Shown here: in pieces, positions 51,793 to 62,017 of the stretch
Layout of the letters: each line of letters opens with the position of its first letter
Position numbering within the stretch: position 1 is the first letter of the stretch
Assembly: GCA_963826785.1 (NCBI GenBank)
Contig: CAWGYD010000005.1
Span: forward strand, 64,001-128,000
DNA: 64,000 nt
From: an uncultured delta proteobacterium
GTDB lineage: Bacteria; Desulfobacterota; Desulfobacteria; Desulfobacterales; Desulfosalsimonadaceae
Reading direction: 5' to 3'
Notes under the pieces: model-generated
Told to the model about the DNA's origin: nothing
The model's input: the letters and a program-made list of their open reading frames with translations, nothing else
Database searches by the model: none
Position numbers and translations under genes: made by a program

Positions 51793-53181
51793 ATGACAGT
51801 CAAAAAGAATCAGCAGATTGAGCTTGAAATCAAGGATTTGGCCTTCGGGGGGAAGGGGATCGCCAAGGTCGACGGATTTGCCGTATTTGTCGCACAGACG
51901 GCGCCGTCTGACCGGGTGCTGGCGCAGGTCATCCGAAAAAAGAAGAGCTATGCGGAAGCCCGCGTGCTTAAATATTTGCATCGCTCTTCCCTGCGGGTGG
52001 ATCCGCCGTGTCCTTACAGCGGCATCTGCGGCGGATGCACCTGGCAGTTTCTGGACTACAGCGCCCAGCTGGAAGTCAAGCAGCGGCATGTGGGCGAAGC
52101 CCTATCCCACATCGGCGGCATCGAAGATGCTCTGATTCATCCAACCCTCCCTTCCGAAAAACGCTTCGGATACCGCAACAAAATGGAGTTTTCCTGTGCG
52201 GACCGGCGCTGGCGGCTTCCGGAGGAAATGGATGACGCGCCCGCGGATGCTGATTTTGCCCTGGGGCTGCATGTGCCCGGGACCTTTTATAAAGTGCTCG
52301 ACATCGAGGCCTGCCTGCTGCAGCCCGACCTGGGAAACCGGATACTAAACGATGTGAAAACACACATCCGGCAATCCCCCCTTTCGCCCTATGGGCTTTC
52401 CTCCCATGAAGGATTCTGGCGGTTTCTGATGCTTCGCCATTCCCAGGCCCATGATTCCTGGATGGTCAACATCGTCACCGCATACGAGGACATGGGAGAA
52501 GTCAGGCCCCTGGCCGGATTCTTAAAGGACAAATACCCGCAGGTGGTTTGCGTGACCAACAACATCACCTCCCGGAAATCCGGGGTGGCGGCCGGGGAAT
52601 ATGAAATTCACCTGGAAGGGGAAAAATGCCTCCGGGAACGGCTGGGTCCCTACGAATTTGAAATATCGTCCAATTCTTTTTTCCAGACCAACACCCTGGG
52701 TGCGCAGCGGCTGTATGACACGGTTAAAAAATTCGCCCGGCTTTCCGGCAGGGAGTCCGTCCTCGACCTTTACAGCGGTACGGGGACCATTCCCATCTGG
52801 CTGTCGGATGCGGCCGCACAGGTCATTGGCATCGAAATCGTGGCGGATGCCGTTTCCGATGCCCGGAAAAATTGCGATACCAACGGGGTGACCAACTGCA
52901 GCTTCATCGCCGGGGATATCCGCCAGACGATTGATTCCGTGGAAAAACGCCCCGACCGCCTGATCATCGATCCCCCGCGTACCGGCATGCACCCGGATGT
53001 GGCCGCAAAAGTCATGGAAATGGCGCCGCCCCGGATCGTCTATGTTTCCTGCAATCCGGCAACCCTGGCCAGGGATGCGGCATTGCTCAAAGAGCGGTAT
53101 CGGCTGGTGGAAGTGCAACCCGTGGACATGTTTCCCCACACCTATCATATTGAAGCGGTTGCGGCATTTGACCTGCGCTGA
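51793..53181 (+). CDS. rlmD: 23S rRNA (uracil-C5)-methyltransferase RlmD with TRAM domain
   Basis: TRAM, CPYSGICGGC, YRNKMEF, SFFQTN, LDLYSGTGTI, DPPRTG, YVSCNPATLARD, DMFPHTYHIE. Confidence 0.95.
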   Translation: MTVKKNQQIELEIKDLAFGGKGIAKVDGFAVFVAQTAPSDRVLAQVIRKKKSYAEARVLKYLHRSSLRVDPPCPYSGICGGCTWQFLDYSAQLEVKQRHVGEALSHIGGIEDALIHPTLPSEKRFGYRNKMEFSCADRRWRLPEEMDDAPADADFALGLHVPGTFYKVLDIEACLLQPDLGNRILNDVKTHIRQSPLSPYGLSSHEGFWRFLMLRHSQAHDSWMVNIVTAYEDMGEVRPLAGFLKDKYPQVVCVTNNITSRKSGVAAGEYEIHLEGEKCLRERLGPYEFEISSNSFFQTNTLGAQRLYDTVKKFARLSGRESVLDLYSGTGTIPIWLSDAAAQVIGIEIVADAVSDARKNCDTNGVTNCSFIAGDIRQTIDSVEKRPDRLIIDPPRTGMHPDVAAKVMEMAPPRIVYVSCNPATLARDAALLKERYRLVEVQPVDMFPHTYHIEAVAAFDLR

Positions 53182-53365
53182 ACCTGCGATTTGCGAGGAG
53201 GCTAATTGTGAAAATCGAAATGACACCCATTGGTCTTTCCAAAGTTCCGCCTTGCATCTTCAATTCGCGATTTTTAACCGTGGCTGTTGAGATTTAATGG
53301 CAGGCGGTTATAGTAATAATAATCGGATAAGATTTGCGGATGCCATATTAAAAGGAGGTCCGGCA

Positions 53366-54274
53366 ATGAGAAAACAGATCAGCCGTATTTTCTGTGCGAC
53401 GGATTTTTCCCGGTTTGCCGAAGAAGTAGTGACCTACGGTATTCGCCTGGCAAAAGAATTCAATGCCGGGCTTTATATCTGTCATGTCGTGGATCTGCCG
53501 TCGGTATCCATGTACGGAGAGGCGGTTGCCGGCCCTATCGAATACCAGAACCGGTTCATGGAATATGCGCGCCAGGAGATCGAGCGCCTGGTGGGAAGCG
53601 AATCCATTGAATACACGCCACTGGTAACGATCGGAAACACCACCGAGGAAATCAACCGCCTGGCCAAGGACCATGCCGCCGATCTTGTGATTACCGCTAC
53701 CCACGGCCGGTCGGGCCTGAAGCGGCTTTTCCTGGGTTCGGTGACCGAGCGTCTCATGCGGACGCTTCCCTGTCCGCTGCTGGTCTTGAAAGGCGCCGAA
53801 GAAGATGCGCCCAGAAGTTTGTCTAAATTCCCATTCCGCAAGATCCTGGTGGGGTGTGATTTTTCAGCCCACTCCGATGAAGCCTTAAAGTACAGCCTGA
53901 ACATGGCGCAGGAATTTGAAAGCGAATTTCACCTGGTGCACGTGGTGGAGCCTTCCGGTTACCGGGATCTGTTCGAACTTGCCTCCCAGCCGGCGGTGGA
54001 CAGGATCAAAGAGGATCTCTATGACATGATCAAAGAGCGGCTTTCGGAACGCGTTCCCGTTGACGCCCTGAACTGGATTTCCTTAAAGACCCAGCTGCTG
54101 GTGGGAAAACCCTATGAGGAGATCATCCGGTATGCGGCTTTAAACGATATCGACCTCATCGCCATGGGCATCAGGGGCCACGGTATGGTTGAGGACCTGC
54201 TGATCGGCTCCACCACCGACCGGGTCATCCGGCGGTCGCCGTGCCCGGTGCTCTCGGTATACATGGATTCATGA
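53366..54274 (+). CDS. Tandem-domain universal stress protein
   Basis: IFCATDFS..ATHGRSGLKRLFLGSVTERLMR..PCP and ILVGCDFS..GIRGHG..IGSTTDRVIRRSPCP; RBS aggagg. Confidence 0.93.
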   Translation: MRKQISRIFCATDFSRFAEEVVTYGIRLAKEFNAGLYICHVVDLPSVSMYGEAVAGPIEYQNRFMEYARQEIERLVGSESIEYTPLVTIGNTTEEINRLAKDHAADLVITATHGRSGLKRLFLGSVTERLMRTLPCPLLVLKGAEEDAPRSLSKFPFRKILVGCDFSAHSDEALKYSLNMAQEFESEFHLVHVVEPSGYRDLFELASQPAVDRIKEDLYDMIKERLSERVPVDALNWISLKTQLLVGKPYEEIIRYAALNDIDLIAMGIRGHGMVEDLLIGSTTDRVIRRSPCPVLSVYMDS

Positions 54275-54359
54275 ACTGATCCTCGACCGATCCTGGCAAT
54301 TCGCCATGGCTCCTGATGAATCCTCATGGCTTGTCAATGGTATGAGAGGTATGAGAAAT

Positions 54360-55118
54360 CTATACCGCACCGGTGCCGGTCTGCTTCTCCATGACCACTT
54401 CGCCCCGGGGGCTGATGACGATTTCCCTGACCGGGACATCCATCCCGGACCGTTCAATCCCCTTCTTCACGATCATGGGCAGCCCCGAGCAGCAGGGGAC
54501 TTCCATGGTGACGATGGTGACGTCCCGGATCCGTGCTTTCTTGAAGATATCGGTGAATTTTGAGACATAAGCGTCAGTTTCGTCAAACTTGGGACATCCC
54601 ATCATGACCGCTTTGCCGGCGAGCAGGTCCCGATGAAAATCAGGGTAGGCGACCGCCACGCAATCGGCTGTTACCAGCAGGCTGGCGTTTTTTAGAAAAG
54701 CCGCGTCCGCGGGTACCAGCCGGATCTGAACGGGCCAGTGGGAAAGGGCCGAAGCTGTTTTATTCCCGTGGCTGCCGGATTTTGCCTGAACCGCGGGTCG
54801 CAAGGTCTGGATCTGTGCTGAAGGGCATCCGCAGGCCAGGTTCAGGGGCGTTTGTTTCCCGGTGTCCGGACTCTGCGATTTAAGGTGTTCATCCACCGCC
54901 GTCTCATCGAATTCATCGGCGACCCGCCGGATGATTTTCAGCGCGCCCTGGGGACATTCCCCGATGCATGCCCCCAGCCCGTCGCACAGGTTGTCCGAGA
55001 TCACTTTGGCCTTGCCGTCCACCAGCTGCAGCGCCCCTTCTGCGCAGGAAAGGATGCACTGGCCGCAGCCGTCACATTTTTCTTCGTCTATTTCAATTAT
55101 TTTTCTATCGGTTTGCAT
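54360..55118 (-). CDS. 4Fe-4S dicluster protein of the type often linked to hcp
   Basis: CDGCGQCILSC, CDGLGACIGECP, CGCP, HWPVQIRLV, ADC, CPKFD, MEVPCCSG. Confidence 0.85.
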   Translation of the reverse strand: MQTDRKIIEIDEEKCDGCGQCILSCAEGALQLVDGKAKVISDNLCDGLGACIGECPQGALKIIRRVADEFDETAVDEHLKSQSPDTGKQTPLNLACGCPSAQIQTLRPAVQAKSGSHGNKTASALSHWPVQIRLVPADAAFLKNASLLVTADCVAVAYPDFHRDLLAGKAVMMGCPKFDETDAYVSKFTDIFKKARIRDVTIVTMEVPCCSGLPMIVKKGIERSGMDVPVREIVISPRGEVVMEKQTGTGAV

Positions 55119-55130
55119 AACATCATTTCC

Positions 55131-55865
55131 TTATCCGATGAGCCGGTTTTCAGCGACTATTTTTCCGTTTGCGGTCAGAAAAGACCGTTGAATTATTTTT
55201 TTGAGCTTCTGGTCATCCGAAGACTTTTCTTTGCGGTCATCCTCCAGGTTGGCGATCAGGTCGGCATCATAGAGGACTTTGAAATTAAGGGTTTCCCCGT
55301 CACGGGGGTGATGGTGATGACCGATGATATCGCAGACTTCATCGATCAGGGGGGCGGCGGCACCGACGGTTTCGAGAACTTTTCGGGCAATGGGCGGCCC
55401 CTCGGCTTCCTGAAACCGTGCCGCCGTTGACCGGTGCTTCTTTTCGGCCTCATGGATGCCGATGTCGTGAAGATAGGCGGCAGCCAGGATGACGGCCATG
55501 TTGCCGCCTTCCGCCTTGGCGATTTCTTCGGCATAGCGCGCGACCCGCATGGCGTGCCCGATCCGTTTGAAATCCTTGTTGAAGTATCTTTTCATTTCAA
55601 TGGCGATGCGGTCCTTCATCAGGTCCTCCCGTTGTGCCATCAACTCCGGCGGCAGTGAGCCGATGCACTGGTCGGCAAACTGGCAGTAGGAGGCGCATCC
55701 GAAATCCATATTCGGATTGGCAAACCGGTGTCCGCAGGCATCGCACTTTCGGGCGGTGTCATCCTTGAAAAATTCAACCATTGTGCCGCATTGGGGGCAT
55801 CGGGTTTCAAAAATGGAACCCGGCTGCCAGTATCGGCTGTCCTGTCCGGGACATTTCATCGGCAT
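55131..55865 (-). CDS. HD-domain protein with N-terminal Cys-rich zinc-ribbon
   Basis: KCPGQD..CPQCG..KCDACG..CASYC..C; RIGHA, YLHDIG, IGHHH, YDAD. Confidence 0.85.
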   Translation of the reverse strand: MPMKCPGQDSRYWQPGSIFETRCPQCGTMVEFFKDDTARKCDACGHRFANPNMDFGCASYCQFADQCIGSLPPELMAQREDLMKDRIAIEMKRYFNKDFKRIGHAMRVARYAEEIAKAEGGNMAVILAAAYLHDIGIHEAEKKHRSTAARFQEAEGPPIARKVLETVGAAAPLIDEVCDIIGHHHHPRDGETLNFKVLYDADLIANLEDDRKEKSSDDQKLKKIIQRSFLTANGKIVAENRLIG

Positions 55866-56024
55866 CCTCCTGTTTTTAAGTTGAAAAAATCAGACCGCTA
55901 TGTTCTGTATTTGAATTTAAGAACCATATGGTGTAAATCAATAATTCAAATATTTCCGGTTTATCCGGCTCACATAACGATTGGTTCGTTAAATGAGATG
56001 ATAACTGAATCAAAATATATCGCA

Positions 56025-56038
56025 TTGACTTAGGTCAA
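56025..56038. promoter_or_regulatory. CRP/FNR-family (HcpR-like) binding site TTGAC-N4-GTCAA
   Basis: Perfect ttgac-ttag-gtcaa palindrome in the divergent intergenic region; weaker second box atggt-gtaa-atcaa at 55928-55941. Confidence 0.6.
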
Positions 56039-56075
56039 ATCAGCCTGTTTTTAAATACCCAGATGCGGATGTCCC

Positions 56076-57443
56076 ATGCCCGAGAAAAAATTCAAGCAGA
56101 TACTGGCAAATGAGAAAAACCTGGTCCGGATTCTCGATAGTTTGAAGGAGGGGATCATCGCCCATGACCTGGACCGCCGCATATTCTTCTTCAACCGGGA
56201 AGCCGAGCGGATCACCGGCTACCGCAGAGAGGAAGTGCTGGATCGGGATTGCCATTTGGCCTTCAGCGAACCGTTTTGCGGAGAGCGCTGCCTGTTCCAT
56301 CATCCCGGTCAGCCCCTGCCGGATGAAGCCTCCCATTTGATCAACCTGGTCACCAAGGACGGCGAACTCCGCCACGTGGAAATGGCCACCACCACCTTGC
56401 GAGACGACAACAACCAGGTATTCGGGATTCTGGCGTTTCTTTTGGATAACACCGATATGCTCAAATGCCGTATGCGGACCGGGGACCTGACCGGCTACGG
56501 GGATATCGTGGGGCGCGACAGCACGATGATTAAAATTTTCCAGCAGATAGAGGATGTGGCCGCCTATGATTTTCCGGTTCACATCTATGGTGAAACCGGC
56601 ACGGGGAAAGAACTGGTGGCCGAGGCGATTCACAATGCCAGCCGCAGGGCGGGGGCGCCTTTTGTTCCCATCAACTGCGGCGCCCTGCCGGAGGGATTGA
56701 TCGAAAGCGAACTGTTCGGCCATGTCAAAGGCGCGTTTTCCGGCGCCATCAGGGACAAAAAAGGGCGCTTCGAGCTGGCGGACGGCGGGACCCTGCTGCT
56801 GGATGAAATAGCGGAACTCTCCAAGGATATCCAGGTTAAACTGCTGAGATTCCTTCAGACCGGCAAGTTTGAAAAAGTGGGGGGGGAGCAGACCCTGTCG
56901 GTCAATGTCCGCATCATCAGCGCCACCAATGCGGATCTTCTAAAGGAGGTCAAGCGCAAGGCGTTTCGGGATGACCTCTATTATCGATTGAATGTTATTC
57001 CCATCCATCTGCCTCCCTTGCGGGATCGAAAAATCGATATTCCGCTGCTGGTGGAATACTTTTTAAAGCGGTTCATGCCCTCAAAAACCGACACCCCGCC
57101 CGCGGTGACACGCGAAGCGCTCTCCCTGTTTATGGATTACCAGTGGCCCGGCAATATCCGGCAGCTGCAGAATGTCCTTCAATATGCAATTGTTAAGAGC
57201 AACGGTAAAGTCATCCGGCCCGAGGACCTGCCCATGGAACTGGCGGGTGAGCGCAGGGCAGGGGCGGTCCGGCGGGGCCCGGGAAAAAAACTGGATAGCG
57301 AATCCGTATGTTCCGCCCTGAAAAAGACCGGCAATAACAAGGCCAAAGCCGCACGACTCCTCGGCGTTGGCCGCGCCACGCTCTACCGGTTCCTGGATGA
57401 GCATCCCGAAGCGGTGCCGCCGCCGCTGCAATCCCTGGCGTGA
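56076..57443 (+). CDS. PAS-domain sigma54-dependent transcriptional activator
   Basis: [62 protein letters not shown], Fis-type [17 protein letters not shown]. Confidence 0.94.
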   Translation: MPEKKFKQILANEKNLVRILDSLKEGIIAHDLDRRIFFFNREAERITGYRREEVLDRDCHLAFSEPFCGERCLFHHPGQPLPDEASHLINLVTKDGELRHVEMATTTLRDDNNQVFGILAFLLDNTDMLKCRMRTGDLTGYGDIVGRDSTMIKIFQQIEDVAAYDFPVHIYGETGTGKELVAEAIHNASRRAGAPFVPINCGALPEGLIESELFGHVKGAFSGAIRDKKGRFELADGGTLLLDEIAELSKDIQVKLLRFLQTGKFEKVGGEQTLSVNVRIISATNADLLKEVKRKAFRDDLYYRLNVIPIHLPPLRDRKIDIPLLVEYFLKRFMPSKTDTPPAVTREALSLFMDYQWPGNIRQLQNVLQYAIVKSNGKVIRPEDLPMELAGERRAGAVRRGPGKKLDSESVCSALKKTGNNKAKAARLLGVGRATLYRFLDEHPEAVPPPLQSLA

Positions 57444-57592
57444 CCTTGTTTAAATCCATTCAACGCGCCGGTTTCATGCACCTGAAGAGAAGCTTTCGCA
57501 AAGAGCGCGCAGGCCGATTTCAAGGAACCTGACCCGGCAAGCGGTTTTTAGGTTCATTTTTTTGTTTCCGCAGGTCCGAACACCCCCCTTGG

Positions 57593-57610
57593 TCCCCCCT
57601 CGAGGGGGGA
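57593..57610. repeat. Perfect 18-bp palindrome (REP-like)
   Basis: tcccccc-tcga-gggggga in the gap between convergent genes. Confidence 0.6.
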
Positions 57611-57738
57611 ATAAACCGGGGGTATCCCTTGCGACTAAAAAGTTCTTCCTGCAAAAACATCCCGGCAGCGGGGTGAGGCGCTTTGAAAAAAGAAGATCGA
57701 ACCCCTGGGGCATTTCCAGCGAAAAGTTACCTCTTTTT

Positions 57739-58479
57739 TTAAAAAACACAGGGAATCGGATGGCGCAGCCGGATCCGATATCTGTCCAACTCCACATCGT
57801 AGACCAGAATTTCCACCCCGTTTTCAATAGCCTTTTTCAATTCGGCAGCGTATGCCGGATCGATGTGCACCGCGGGCGCAAACCGATGCGCATCCATGCG
57901 CTGGATCAGGTAAACCATTACCCCCCGGTACCCTGAAGCGACAAGGGTCTGCAACTCCACCAGATGGGTCCGCCCCCTTACGGTGACGGCATCCGGAAAG
58001 CAGGCCAGGCCGTCTTTGACCAGTGTGCAGTTCTTGATTTCCACATAACAGGGGGCAGCATCCTTGCGGGTCAGCATAAGGTCGATGCGGGAGCGTTCGC
58101 CCACCCTGACTTCAGGCCGTACCTCCGTGTAGCCGGCCAGCGGTGCAATGGCGCCGCTCGTTATCGCGCGGGCGATGAGCCGGTTGGGCAGCAGCGTGTT
58201 GACCCCCACCAGAGAGCCGGGCATGTCAATGATCTCCCAGGTGTATTTGAGCTTGCGGCGGGGTTTGTCCTGCAATGAGAGAAAAACCCGCCTACCGGGT
58301 TCACAGCAGCCGGTCATGGCCCCGGAATTGGGGCAATGGGCGGTCACCTGCCTTCCGTCATCCAGCCGGATGTCAGCCAGAAATCGTTTGTACCGTTTCA
58401 TCAGCGTGCCGGGGATGAGTTCCGGAAAGATGATGTCCGGACAATCATTCAAGCCCTCTGATTTGATGTGTTTATCCAT
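57739..58479 (-). CDS. sfsA: SfsA family DNA/RNA nuclease (sugar fermentation stimulation protein)
   Basis: KRYKRFLAD, AHCPNSGAM, YVEIKNCTL, FPDAVTVRGRTHL, IDPAYA. Confidence 0.92.
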   Translation of the reverse strand: MDKHIKSEGLNDCPDIIFPELIPGTLMKRYKRFLADIRLDDGRQVTAHCPNSGAMTGCCEPGRRVFLSLQDKPRRKLKYTWEIIDMPGSLVGVNTLLPNRLIARAITSGAIAPLAGYTEVRPEVRVGERSRIDLMLTRKDAAPCYVEIKNCTLVKDGLACFPDAVTVRGRTHLVELQTLVASGYRGVMVYLIQRMDAHRFAPAVHIDPAYAAELKKAIENGVEILVYDVELDRYRIRLRHPIPCVF

Positions 58480-58705
58480 TGAATGCCGGCCTGTTTCAGG
58501 TTGTCGGTAGGTGTATCGGTATCGTCTCTGGCCTTTATGAAACAGTTTCGTATCAGGTTGCCGGTTAGAACACCAGGGAATATCCTTTCTGCTGAAGACC
58601 AGCCCAGCTTCCAAAATGGCATAAAATATAAATTTCGTCTGATTTCAGTTGCCTATATGAACGGTTGGATGAGCTGCCGTTGAAAAAGCCTGTATAGTCC
58701 GAATC

Positions 58706-58720
58706 TGGCATGTTTTTTGA
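58706..58720 (+). promoter_or_regulatory. Possible sigma54 (-24/-12) promoter TGGCATGTTTTTTGA
   Basis: Matches TGGCAC-N5-TTGC spacing with -12 GC changed to GA; about 60 bp upstream of a small ORF. Confidence 0.4.
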
Positions 58721-58778
58721 ATTTGATTTAAAGTTGAATCAAACCGGCGCGAAAAACGCCCAGGAGAATATTCTGCCA

Positions 58779-58979
58779 GTGAAATCATGCAACGACAATA
58801 TCAAAAAGACGCTTAAAATCGTCGAGCAGATGATCGCACTTTCAAATACGGGGGATGCCGATCGGGAGGATGTCGGCTGTGGAATCCTCTACGGCATTTT
58901 GCGAGATTCCGCCTACAGGATCAGGAAAGTGGCCGAGGCGGAAATGCTGTCCCACCAAAAAAAAGGGACCTGGGAATAA
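58779..58979 (+). CDS. Small hypothetical protein
   Basis: GTG start after aggaga; LSNTGDADREDVGCGILYGILRDSAYRI. Confidence 0.7.
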   Translation: MKSCNDNIKKTLKIVEQMIALSNTGDADREDVGCGILYGILRDSAYRIRKVAEAEMLSHQKKGTWE

Positions 58980-59064
58980 TTCCTGACTTTTTTAGTGCAA
59001 TATGATAGATGAATCGTATCTCACTATATAAATCGTAAACATGATAGGATAAGGAGAGTGACCA

Positions 59065-59640
59065 ATGGCAAGCATGAAAGGAACGCAAACCGAGAAGAAC
59101 CTGCTGACCGCTTTTGCGGGTGAATCCCAGGCCCGGAACCGGTATACCTATTTTGCCAGCAAGGCCAAGAAAGAAGGGTATGAGCAGATCGCTTTTATTT
59201 TCGAAGAGACCGCCAACCAGGAAAAGGAGCATGCCAAGCGCTTTTTCAGCTTCCTGGAAGGGGGGGAAACCCAAATCGCCGCCGCATTTCCGGCGGGCAT
59301 GGTGGGGGACACCGTGGACAATCTGAAGGCGGCCGCGGCCGGGGAAAATTACGAGCATACCGAGATGTATCCCGGGTTTGCAAAAATTGCCCGTGAAGAA
59401 GGGTTTGATGCCGTGGCCATGGTATTCGATGCGGTTTCCGTCGCGGAAAAACAGCATGAGAAGCGGTACCGGGACCTGGCAGCCAACATCGATCAGGACA
59501 GCGTCTTCAAAAAGAGCGAGCCGGCGGTGTGGCGGTGCCGGAACTGCGGATACCTCCATGAAGGCGCAGAAGCGCCGGCCATGTGCCCGGCCTGCGCGCA
59601 CCCGCGGGCGCACTATGAAGTGCTCGGTGAAAATTACTAG
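59065..59640 (+). CDS. rbr: Rubrerythrin
   Basis: [28 protein letters not shown]-terminal CRNCG..CPACAHP. Confidence 0.97.
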   Translation: MASMKGTQTEKNLLTAFAGESQARNRYTYFASKAKKEGYEQIAFIFEETANQEKEHAKRFFSFLEGGETQIAAAFPAGMVGDTVDNLKAAAAGENYEHTEMYPGFAKIAREEGFDAVAMVFDAVSVAEKQHEKRYRDLAANIDQDSVFKKSEPAVWRCRNCGYLHEGAEAPAMCPACAHPRAHYEVLGENY

Positions 59641-59757
59641 CGGCTCAAGGCAAAGTGCCTCTTTTTTGGCCCAAAACACCATTTTTGTTAAATTTTCATC
59701 CTCGATCAGCACTGAATCATAGATTAGAACAATGGAACAATGAAATGGAGAATCTAA

Positions 59758-60234
59758 ATGGGATACGAGTTTACGGCAAAAGAAATATTTGAAATGGCCA
59801 TGCAGATCGAACGAAACGGTGCGGCCTTTTACGAAAGCGCCGCCAGCAGTGCGGCCAGCGAATCGGAAAAAACCTTTTTGACCGATCTTGCCCGGATGGA
59901 ACGGCAGCATGAGAAGACGTTTGCCGATCTGGAAAAAGACCTGAGCGATGCGGAACAGTCCCAGACCGTATTTGATCCCGAGGACGAAGCGGCCCAATAT
60001 CTCAAGGCATTGGCGGACACCCGGGTGTTTTTCGAAAAGGAGATGGATGCCTCCTCGATGAAGGAAATATTGAAATCCGCCATCACCGCGGAGAAGGATT
60101 CCATCGTGTTTTACCTGGGCATGAAGGAACTGGTCCCTGAAAAACTGGGGAAAAGCAGGTTGGATAACATCATCAAAGAAGAAATGGGACATATCCGGCT
60201 GCTCAGCAAGAAACTGGTCGGCCTGAAGGCGTAA
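59758..60234 (+). CDS. Ferritin-like / rubrerythrin-family diiron protein
   Basis: [38 protein letters not shown]. Confidence 0.9.
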   Translation: MGYEFTAKEIFEMAMQIERNGAAFYESAASSAASESEKTFLTDLARMERQHEKTFADLEKDLSDAEQSQTVFDPEDEAAQYLKALADTRVFFEKEMDASSMKEILKSAITAEKDSIVFYLGMKELVPEKLGKSRLDNIIKEEMGHIRLLSKKLVGLKA

Positions 60235-60289
60235 ACGGTTTGAGCAACGCCTGTCAAAAATGAAAATAATCGGGAGGAGGAAACAACAG

Positions 60290-60667
60290 ATGGCAAAACG
60301 CCTGGAAGTTTACAAATGCTCAGTTTGCGGGAATATCGTGGAAGTGCTGGTCGGCGGCGCCGGGGAACTGGTCTGCTGCGGTCAGCCCATGGCGCTGCAA
60401 ACGGAAAATACCGTGGATGCGGCAAAGGAAAAGCATGTACCGGTCATTGAGAAAACGGATGCCGGATATAAGGTCAAGGTCGGATCTGTGGCCCATCCCA
60501 TGGAGGAAAAACATTACATCCAGTGGATTGAACTGATCGCAGACGGCAAAAGCTACCTTCAGTTCTTAAATCCCGGGGATGCCCCCGAAGCGGTGTTTGC
60601 GATTGCCGCCGAAAGCGTCACCGCACGGGAGTACTGCAATCTGCACGGCCATTGGAAGGCCGGTTGA
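60290..60667 (+). CDS. dfx: Desulfoferrodoxin (superoxide reductase)
   Basis: [49 protein letters not shown] ggagg. Confidence 0.97.
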   Translation: MAKRLEVYKCSVCGNIVEVLVGGAGELVCCGQPMALQTENTVDAAKEKHVPVIEKTDAGYKVKVGSVAHPMEEKHYIQWIELIADGKSYLQFLNPGDAPEAVFAIAAESVTAREYCNLHGHWKAG

Positions 60668-60689
60668 TTTTTCAAAGGAGGTATTTTCG

Positions 60690-60857
60690 ATGACAAGCTG
60701 GAAATGCACCAATTGCGGGTATACGTTCGAGGCGGAGGCGCCGCCCAAGCAGTGCCCGTCATGCAAGGAAAAATGCGAATTCGTCGATGTGTCCTGCTAC
60801 ACCCCCGACTGCGCGGACAAGGGGATGGATGACAGGCTGGGCCGCAAAAAATCTTAA
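60690..60857 (+). CDS. Small rubredoxin-like / zinc-ribbon protein
   Basis: [31 protein letters not shown] aggagg. Confidence 0.8.
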   Translation: MTSWKCTNCGYTFEAEAPPKQCPSCKEKCEFVDVSCYTPDCADKGMDDRLGRKKS

Positions 60858-60872
60858 ACGAAAGAAAATTAA

Positions 60873-61316
60873 ATGGCTAAAGCATTGATCGTCTGCGCGA
60901 CCCGCACCGGGGAAACCCTGACCATCGGCGGATTGATCGCCGAAGGCATGCGGTTTTCCGGGGTGGATGTCAGCGTACTCAACGTGAACCAGATCAAATC
61001 GGAAGCCGACCTGGCGGGTTATGACGCCTATGTTTTTGGATCGGCCACCTACCATGGCGATATGCTGCAGGGGATGAAGACATTTTTGTTCCTGGCGGAA
61101 AAAGCCGACCTGGTAAACAAAATCGGCGGCGCATTCGGCGCCTTCGGGTGGAGCGGGGAGGCGCCGGAGCGGATCTACAACACCATGAAGAATATCTTCA
61201 ACATGAACATGGTCAGCGGCCCCCTGATGCTGAAATCGAGCAGTCTTGGAGGGGGAATGAAAATGGCCCAGGACTACGGGCGGGAAATCGCCGCTAAAAT
61301 TGATACACTGAAATAA
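60873..61316 (+). CDS. Flavodoxin-domain protein
   Basis: ATRTGET, FGSATYHG, GAFGAFGWSGEA. Confidence 0.88.
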   Translation: MAKALIVCATRTGETLTIGGLIAEGMRFSGVDVSVLNVNQIKSEADLAGYDAYVFGSATYHGDMLQGMKTFLFLAEKADLVNKIGGAFGAFGWSGEAPERIYNTMKNIFNMNMVSGPLMLKSSSLGGGMKMAQDYGREIAAKIDTLK

Positions 61317-61328
61317 GGAGGTTTTTTT

Positions 61329-61517
61329 ATGACCACACCGCAACACTGCCCTGGATTCCAGCAGTTCAAATCACTGAAATCATTTACCTGCAAATGCCCT
61401 TCCTGCGGCGAGGCAAAAGAGATTTTTTCCGATGAGTTCGAAAAGCCGCACAAGTGCGATGCCTGCGGCGAACCCATCGATTTCACCCAGTGCACCCTTG
61501 AGGGAAGCGCAGCGTAA
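61329..61517 (+). CDS. Small Cys-rich zinc-ribbon protein
   Basis: HCPGF..CKCPSCG..EIFSDE..KCDACG..C; RBS aggagg. Confidence 0.75.
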   Translation: MTTPQHCPGFQQFKSLKSFTCKCPSCGEAKEIFSDEFEKPHKCDACGEPIDFTQCTLEGSAA

Positions 61518-61587
61518 GGCCATCGTGTGATCCGGATGTAAGAATCAGCTGGATTCGTGAGTAAAATAGTTGAAGAGGATGATACAT

Positions 61588-61950
61588 ATGGCCAAAGCCG
61601 CTCTTCTGATGGCTGTCGTCTGGGTCAGCTTCCTGTGTCCGCCGGCATTTTCCGGCCAGCCGGCCGAATCGGTGGACAAGGGAGCCGAAATGATTAAGAT
61701 TTACTCGGGAAGCATGGCGCCCGCCCTTTTTCCGCACCGGTTCCACCAGGAGAGACTAAATGACTGCGGCACCTGCCATGCCTTGTTTCCCATGAAGTCC
61801 GGGATCATCCGGGAGATGAAAGACGAAGGTACGTTAAGCAGGCAGCAGGTGATGAACACAAAATGCCTCGCCTGCCACAAGGAACTCAACGCTGCCGGAA
61901 AACCTGCGGGCCCCATGGCCTGCAGCCAGTGCCACGTGCGAAATCCCTGA
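61588..61950 (+). CDS. Periplasmic three-heme class III (c3/c7-like) cytochrome
   Basis: Signal peptide; FPHRFH; CGTCH, CLACH, CSQCH. Confidence 0.85.
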   Translation: MAKAALLMAVVWVSFLCPPAFSGQPAESVDKGAEMIKIYSGSMAPALFPHRFHQERLNDCGTCHALFPMKSGIIREMKDEGTLSRQQVMNTKCLACHKELNAAGKPAGPMACSQCHVRNP

Positions 61951-62017
61951 AGGATAGTGTGGAAATACCCATACACGGGACTTTGAAACCATAATTTGTC
62001 GAAAAAAGGAGGTTTTT

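Noticed and set aside
59000..59025. Imperfect palindrome upstream of rubrerythrin as a PerR/Fur box
   Set aside because: Plausible by context but too degenerate to call without a lineage-specific matrix.
58921..60192. 423-aa minus-strand ORF
   Set aside because: Antisense shadow of rubrerythrin and the ferritin-like gene; no motifs.
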